In this document: positions 36,966-42,510 of the stretch, piece after piece | Layout: every line of letters starts with the position of its first letter | Position numbering within the stretch: position 1 is the stretch's first letter | Assembly: GCA_023261685.1 (NCBI GenBank) | Contig: JAHFOM010000001.1 | Location: 1 to 42,510 of the forward strand | Reading direction: 5' to 3' | From: Candidatus Moraniibacteriota bacterium | GTDB lineage: Bacteria > Patescibacteriota > Minisyncoccia > Moranbacterales > UBA1568 | DNA: 42,510 nucleotides | Program-made: the position numbers and the translations under genes | The notes under the pieces: generated by a model | What the model saw: the letters and a program-made list of their open reading frames with translations, nothing else | Databases searched by the model: none | What the model was told of the DNA's origin: nothing

Positions 36966-37948
36966 AAGGTCTGATTGAGCTTGTTAAAAAAATTCCACGT
37001 TTCTAACGCACGAGCTTCATTGTGCGCCTCCTGACTTGCATATTTCTTATTATCCCAAGAAAAATAAGATTGCTCTACGGAATCAATAATAAAGCGCAGA
37101 CATAATTCGAGTGTAACATACTTTATACAAGATACGACTTGAACATATGAAACTTTTCCTGTTTTACTGTTCGCAGAATTATACCCAGTAAGGAATCTCT
37201 CGGTTGCTTTCTTAAAGTCAGACCTGCTGGATAATGACAAAAGTGACCGGAGACAATCTCCAATATCAATGTAGATAGATCCGATCATAAAAGTATCATA
37301 GTCTATGAAAACAAGGGGGGCATGCTGTTTCGTAAATAGAATATTTTCTATTCGTGGGTCACCATGAATAATCTGCTGTTTTTCAGAAAGGATGTCAAAA
37401 TACTTTTCAAGATTATTTACTGTATCACCAAGTATGTTTTGTAGCTGAGGAGTATACCTACTTTTGTTTATGGATATAGCTTTCTGAATATAGAAATTTT
37501 TTTGATGAAAGCCATTGAGAATATGTTTTGGCTTGTAATGAAGATCTGCAAGGTCTTTATGTAGCAGACCCAACAGCAAACCCACATTTCTGTGAAGACT
37601 CTTAGAAATGTGTTTTTGTGAAAAACTAATGCCATTGACATATTCATATACTCTCCATAAACTGTCGTCTCTCTCATAAAACATTGTACACTGCCGTGAT
37701 CGCAATAATCGTGGGCAATCCCACTTTCTTTTCAGTAAATGTTGCGTTATAACATCAATATCATACATTAATTTCTTTTTGAGCATTTGATGTAATTTCT
37801 GTATTACAAACTCCTTACCATAGATGTTTTTTACGTAAAATGTTTTATTGATAAGCCCACCCTTAAGAACCTCTGCCTTAGAAATACGACCAATATCATA
37901 ACTTTGTATGACTCTTTTAATCTCATCATTAAAGATTGATGTAATCAT
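36962..37948 (-). CDS. APH/choline-kinase-fold phosphotransferase (NahK-like sugar kinase)
   Basis: 'GLINKTF', 'HGDPRIENILF', 'IDYDT', 'DIGDCLRS'. Confidence 0.82.
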   Translation of the reverse strand: MITSIFNDEIKRVIQSYDIGRISKAEVLKGGLINKTFYVKNIYGKEFVIQKLHQMLKKKLMYDIDVITQHLLKRKWDCPRLLRSRQCTMFYERDDSLWRVYEYVNGISFSQKHISKSLHRNVGLLLGLLHKDLADLHYKPKHILNGFHQKNFYIQKAISINKSRYTPQLQNILGDTVNNLEKYFDILSEKQQIIHGDPRIENILFTKQHAPLVFIDYDTFMIGSIYIDIGDCLRSLLSLSSRSDFKKATERFLTGYNSANSKTGKVSYVQVVSCIKYVTLELCLRFIIDSVEQSYFSWDNKKYASQEAHNEARALETWNFFNKLNQTL

Positions 37949-38633
37949 AAGGAAATGCCTTTATGGATATTTCGTCGAATATAACATTTGGCGATGTTTT
38001 TGAAATGTACAAAATAAGCTCTGCAATATCATCCGTCTGCAGTATATTTTCTTCTACAGCATTATCTACAGAGCGCGACATGTCAGTAAGTACGCTTCCT
38101 GGAGAAACGAGCATACATCGGATTCCAGTAGAAAAGTTCTCTTTTTGCAATGATTTTACAAGTCCCATCAATCCTGCCTTGCTGGATGCGTAAGAGCAGT
38201 CCTTCTCTGTTCCGGAAGATCCCCACCTAGATCCAATGAGAATGATGGTACCCTTTATACTTTTATCTCGGAAATATTGTGTTCCAAATTTTGCTACGTG
38301 AAAGGATCCTGTTAGATTTACATCTATCGTGGATTTCCAATCATCACGATCTGTTTTTTCTGAATTTTTAAGTTTCAATATCCCAGCACAATTCACTATA
38401 CACTGAAAATCTTCCCTATTCGACTGTTGAAAAAAGTTAGATACATCAGAAAAATTTGTTACATCAAGAGTCTGATAAAAAAAGCTGTTACTTTTCTGAA
38501 TATCTTCCGGTAAAGAATTGCTAATATCAACACCGTAAACGACAAATCCATTATCAAGAAACTTTCGAGCAATACTCCTACCCATACCCCCACAAACACC
38601 TACAATAAGTATTCCATTTTTAGAAGGCATCAT
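37929..38633 (-). CDS. SDR family oxidoreductase
   Basis: 'GVCGGMG', 'VNCAG', 'YASSK'. Confidence 0.9.
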   Translation of the reverse strand: MMPSKNGILIVGVCGGMGRSIARKFLDNGFVVYGVDISNSLPEDIQKSNSFFYQTLDVTNFSDVSNFFQQSNREDFQCIVNCAGILKLKNSEKTDRDDWKSTIDVNLTGSFHVAKFGTQYFRDKSIKGTIILIGSRWGSSGTEKDCSYASSKAGLMGLVKSLQKENFSTGIRCMLVSPGSVLTDMSRSVDNAVEENILQTDDIAELILYISKTSPNVIFDEISIKAFPYDYINL

Positions 38634-39570
38634 AAAATTTTTGAAAGGGGGGATTATCTATTGGGGAATAGTTAGAACTTGTGAGGTACTCTTTATCCCT
38701 CTTGCTTAGGTTACCAATCTTGTTTTTATTATAGACAAAGAAATGCCCATTTCTCGATACATAATTTATTTCGACGTTATTAAATAATGACTCGTGTATA
38801 GCCTCATTCATATCATTTTCTCCATATAAAATAGGTATGCGAGATTTTTGCTTAGCAAGAAACCCTGTAATGATATCAATTACTTTGGCGGAGGGAGTCT
38901 CTATACTACAGATATCACCATGTCCCCCATTCTCTATTGCAAACATAGTGAGATCAATAACATTTTGAGCAGTTAACATATAACGTGTCATACGTTTATC
39001 GCGTATCGTCACTGGCTTGTTTTCAACTATCTTTTTTTCAATAACATCTGTAAGCGATCCATTTGAATGAAGAATATTACCAAACCTGATAGCGATAAAC
39101 TTAATATGTGGGATATTTGCATTCTCTCCTAAAATTTCTAGAAATCGTTTTGAGGCTCCCATTGTGGATGAGGATTGTGCTGCTTTATCAGAAGAACATA
39201 AAATAACTCTCTCTATAAAATTACAGTTTCGCACAACCTTCATGATATTTGAAAAAGCAACAATATTTTCAAAAGCCATCTTTTCTGGATAGCAATACCC
39301 GGTAGACACATGTTTTAATGAGGCACAATGGATAACAATATTGACCTCGTATTTACAGAGAATTTCTTCTATAAATCTTGCATCAAGAACATCCCCAAAT
39401 TCAATATGAAACCGCTCTTTACTTTCAGACTCCCTTTTAATCTCCATAAGTTTTGCTAGAGCATCTTCCGATCGATCAATAGCACATATTTCATTTCCCT
39501 GAGATAAAAGAAATTTAGATAGGCTTAACCCTACTGTTCCGCCAGCTCCAGTGATAAGAATTTTTTTCAT
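38620..39570 (-). CDS. Nucleotide-sugar 4,6-dehydratase (Polysacc_synt_2; CapD/PglF/PseB-like)
   Basis: 'ITGAGGTVG', 'HCASLKHV', 'SSDKA', 'MGASKR', 'RFGN'. Confidence 0.85.
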   Translation of the reverse strand: MKKILITGAGGTVGLSLSKFLLSQGNEICAIDRSEDALAKLMEIKRESESKERFHIEFGDVLDARFIEEILCKYEVNIVIHCASLKHVSTGYCYPEKMAFENIVAFSNIMKVVRNCNFIERVILCSSDKAAQSSSTMGASKRFLEILGENANIPHIKFIAIRFGNILHSNGSLTDVIEKKIVENKPVTIRDKRMTRYMLTAQNVIDLTMFAIENGGHGDICSIETPSAKVIDIITGFLAKQKSRIPILYGENDMNEAIHESLFNNVEINYVSRNGHFFVYNKNKIGNLSKRDKEYLTSSNYSPIDNPPFQKFYDAF

Positions 39571-39636
39571 ATGCTTTACATATGCTTTATAAGAGTATAA
39601 AAAATTGAGCATCCTGGCGGTGCAGAATGCTCATAG

Positions 39637-40377
39637 TCAACCAGATGTTGGGATTCCAAAATACTTTATTATAAGATTGGAATTTTTCGAAAGAAAATCA
39701 AGATCTTCTAACGTCCCAAAATCAAAAAAGAACTTATTATTCATAATACTCCATACATCGGGGATGAGCCTTTCCATTGATTCTCGTTCAACATAAACAT
39801 CGTGGCTAGTATCAATGTTATCCAAGAACCTCTTTGTGTCCAAAACATAGAACCCCATCGTGCTCGAGGGAACACCTGAACACGTATTGTTTTTATCATA
39901 AAGTGACAGAATACTTCTTGTTTTTCTGTCTACTTTGACAAGACCGTAATTTGGAACATTCTTCTTGGTAGTAGTAAGCACAAGGCACGCCGCTTTTCTC
40001 TCAATGTGTTCCTTGCAAATTTTTCGCAAGTCAACACTCCATATATTATCACCAGTCAAAAGCAACGTATGATTATGTCTCACTTCAGACACCCCGGTAA
40101 AAGAACTAAAGGCAGTGCTTTTGGGATAGTCTTCCTCTACAAACCGTACTGACGAAGGAAAATTATTGTGAATTTCTTCCTCAATGAGCCATCCATTACA
40201 GGCGTTACTTCCTGTAACAATCACTTCGCTGATACCGTTTCGCAATAACCAAAAGACTAGATATCGCAAAAACGGAACCCCTCCAAAAGGGAGCATGCAC
40301 TTCGGTTTTTGCTCACAAATTTTACCAAGGCGACTTGCTCTTCCAGATGCTATGATAACTGCAGAAAAATGCACCAT
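39637..40377 (-). CDS. Sugar-phosphate nucleotidyltransferase (NTP_transferase)
   Basis: 'IASGRASRL...PKCML', 'LTGD', 'FDFGT'. Confidence 0.87.
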   Translation of the reverse strand: MVHFSAVIIASGRASRLGKICEQKPKCMLPFGGVPFLRYLVFWLLRNGISEVIVTGSNACNGWLIEEEIHNNFPSSVRFVEEDYPKSTAFSSFTGVSEVRHNHTLLLTGDNIWSVDLRKICKEHIERKAACLVLTTTKKNVPNYGLVKVDRKTRSILSLYDKNNTCSGVPSSTMGFYVLDTKRFLDNIDTSHDVYVERESMERLIPDVWSIMNNKFFFDFGTLEDLDFLSKNSNLIIKYFGIPTSG

Positions 40378-40510
40378 TTAACCCTCCTGATATGATTGTT
40401 GATGAACTGGTTTAATAGTAGATCAAAGCGTAGTTTTGTCAAGTGAGTGAGAGTAAACCAGAATTCAAACCCCGAAGCCCATTTTTTGAAGGATGGTTGC
40501 AAGTAAAAAA

Positions 40511-40546
40511 TAAAAAACGGGTGGAAACAAGATTGTCCCCACCCGC
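40511..40546 (-). terminator. Intrinsic terminator
   Basis: CGGGTGG-loop-CCACCCG-TTTTTT on minus strand. Confidence 0.7.
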
Positions 40547-40570
40547 ACTACTCTTTCTCTACAAATACTT

Positions 40571-41137
40571 TCACCCAGCGAACAACGGTGCCAGCACCGT
40601 GCGCCACAGCCAGAGGGCGAAGGTTACTAAGACTGTCCAGCGCAGCGTCCAATAGGCATTGGATACGATGACACTCGACCAAAAGATCGTGTAGTCTCTT
40701 TTGCTGAGACCGTTGAACCGGTTGCTTTCCTTGCGCAGGTACACGGTGACCATAAACGGATCCGCGTATACTGAGAGGGCGAAGAAAGCCGACACGTCAC
40801 CGAGTTTCAGGAATTTCCCGATCCAGCGGTTGCCGGAAAACTGGTGCTGGACGTTTTTGACGGCTTCGAACCCAAACCAATCCTTTTTCAGCCAATCGTA
40901 CAGCCGTAAATAGCCGTAACAAAAGAGCGCTGACAGAGGAGCCATAATAGTGAAAACTACCAATGAGCCGTAAGCGGTGCCAAAAGTAGACACAGCGTAG
41001 GCTGAGACTGCTCCGTAGACGAACTGGTCGAAAAAGATTTCTTCACCTTTCTTGACCGTATGGCCGAGAGCGATAGTGCCTATCTGTTCTTTGCGCGCCA
41101 CGATTTTCGCAGCGAATGATTTCACTGCTTGTAGCAC
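40571..41137 (-). CDS. Hypothetical membrane protein
   Basis: Several TMs; GTG start after SD GGAGG; promoter TTGACA-17-TATACT at 41202-41230. Confidence 0.7.
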   Translation of the reverse strand: MLQAVKSFAAKIVARKEQIGTIALGHTVKKGEEIFFDQFVYGAVSAYAVSTFGTAYGSLVVFTIMAPLSALFCYGYLRLYDWLKKDWFGFEAVKNVQHQFSGNRWIGKFLKLGDVSAFFALSVYADPFMVTVYLRKESNRFNGLSKRDYTIFWSSVIVSNAYWTLRWTVLVTFALWLWRTVLAPLFAG

Positions 41138-41275
41138 GATGCACCTCCACTTGTTGAAAAAGAACCGTTCCTTAGCAACTGATTTCAATTGCTAACCGTG
41201 TAGTATACACCAAAAAAACCACCCTGTCAAACAAAAAGTGCTCCTTTTGCTTCATATAAGGGATATTTCTCTTTT

Positions 41276-42178
41276 TTACTCCCTATGTACTTCTATATCC
41301 GGCAGTATCTCACCATTCCGCACGAAGCGCTCCAGCCACAGGGCAGCCATTGCTCGAGATTCTTGCCAACTCTCTTTGAGGAAATGATCATTGCCCTCGA
41401 ACAGCACGAGACGATGCGGGATTTTCACATCAAGCAGTTTCTCAGAAAAATGGAGAGCCGTGCGCGGATCGACACGCCAATCAGATGTGCCATACATCAG
41501 AAGTATTGGTACGTTCCTTGGGAGCTTCTCCGTCCAACAGACTACTGATCTTTTTTCCCGCTCTTCTTTTGATCCGCCGAACATCTTCTCATAGTGCGCC
41601 GTCATCTCCTTACGAAATGTATCATCACGATAGTCCAACACTCCGGAAATCACGACGGCCGCCTTCGCCCAATTCGTTTCCGCCAGCAGGCGAAAGGTGG
41701 CAGTCGCGCCGCGGCTGGCGCAGTACAAACCGATGCGAGTGTTATCCGCCATCTCATCCGTATCGATAAATTCCTTCAGTGCCAAGACAGACTGGAAATC
41801 CTCCCCACCCATCTCATCTTTTGCCCCGTCTTCGGAAAAACCCATACACTGCGATCCGATGACGATATAGCCAGCCTTGATGATCACAGTCGCGAAGCCG
41901 GAAAAAATATGCTTGGCATCAATGTGTCCGAACAAACCGGACCCGCCACGGTTGAGAATCACTACCGGGTGTTTTTCCTGTCCGGAGAGATTTTTGAGTC
42001 GCGCGTAGAAACCGTTGTATTTTTTCCCATTCACCAAGTACTCGAAATCCACCACTTCTATCTCGTCAGCATTGGCACGCGCTTTCTCGTGATTCTTGGA
42101 CGGGATCAATGCGAGTGTCGTGTTGTCCAAAACGATATCCCGGACGGAAAGCAGTTTGTGAGCAAAAGAAAGTTGCAT
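41276..42178 (-). CDS. S9/prolyl-oligopeptidase family alpha/beta hydrolase
   Basis: 'NRGG', nucleophile 'CASRG', 'DWRV', 'GNDH'. Confidence 0.85.
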   Translation of the reverse strand: MQLSFAHKLLSVRDIVLDNTTLALIPSKNHEKARANADEIEVVDFEYLVNGKKYNGFYARLKNLSGQEKHPVVILNRGGSGLFGHIDAKHIFSGFATVIIKAGYIVIGSQCMGFSEDGAKDEMGGEDFQSVLALKEFIDTDEMADNTRIGLYCASRGATATFRLLAETNWAKAAVVISGVLDYRDDTFRKEMTAHYEKMFGGSKEEREKRSVVCWTEKLPRNVPILLMYGTSDWRVDPRTALHFSEKLLDVKIPHRLVLFEGNDHFLKESWQESRAMAALWLERFVRNGEILPDIEVHRE

Positions 42179-42194
42179 AAAAAGTAGTCTAGAT

Positions 42195-42509
42195 CTATTT
42201 CCTGCTCTGCCGATAAGGATGCATGGGGTAGGTGCCGAGGAGCCGGACTTCTTCTGAAAAAAACCGCAGCTCTGCCAGCGCGAGTTTCATAGCCGTATCA
42301 TTCGGATGAGCTTCCGCTTCTATATAAAACTCTGCTGACTGAAATCCTTCACCGAGATAACTCTCAAGTTTGAGAAGATTGATCCCATTGGTCGCAAATC
42401 CCCCGATGGCTTTGTACAAAGCAGCCGGCACGCTGCGCAAGCGAAAGAAAATGCTCGTGATAACTTTTGCATCAGTACCTTGTTCGGGGATACGCGCCTC
42501 ACGAGCGAT
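42195..42509 (-). CDS. pheA: Prephenate dehydratase, C-terminal ACT part (5' end outside window)
   Basis: Frame open to window edge: ...TSIFFRLRSVPAALYKAIGGFATNGINLLKLESY...FYIEAEAHP...LGTYP. Confidence 0.85.
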   Translation of the reverse strand: MAREARIPEQGTDAKVITSIFFRLRSVPAALYKAIGGFATNGINLLKLESYLGEGFQSAEFYIEAEAHPNDTAMKLALAELRFFSEEVRLLGTYPMHPYRQSRK

Positions 42510-42510
42510 A

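Overview
Bacterial chromosomal window. The gene repertoire (short non-discriminating AspRS, fused ADP-forming acetyl-CoA synthetase, heptamer-repeat hairpin intergenics, few SD sites on core genes) suggests Patescibacteria/CPR; this taxonomy is inference. The core backbone is rseP, frr, tRNA-Lys, serS, tRNA-Val, lysS, greA, mrdA-mreD-mreC-mreB and aspS, plus surface-glycan genes. Accessory parts: (i) three secreted/lipoprotein orphans with structured leaders (6.6-10.7 kb); (ii) two copies of a ~235-bp rod-like palindromic element whose intact ends each lie 9 bp from an outward-facing -35 box; (iii) a perfect 42-bp palindrome; (iv) a signalling locus (unknown protein + membrane histidine kinase + receiver-only regulators). 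In that locus one AT-rich block spans the unknown gene's 3' part and the kinase sensor domain, reminiscent of a swappable agr/comQXP-type specificity cassette, and two orphan copies of the kinase 3' end delimit inserted cargo (M20 peptidase, MNT-HEPN toxin-antitoxin); (v) an AT-rich nucleotide-sugar operon; (vi) a partial prephenate dehydratase. All product calls come from motif recognition by eye; no searches were run.
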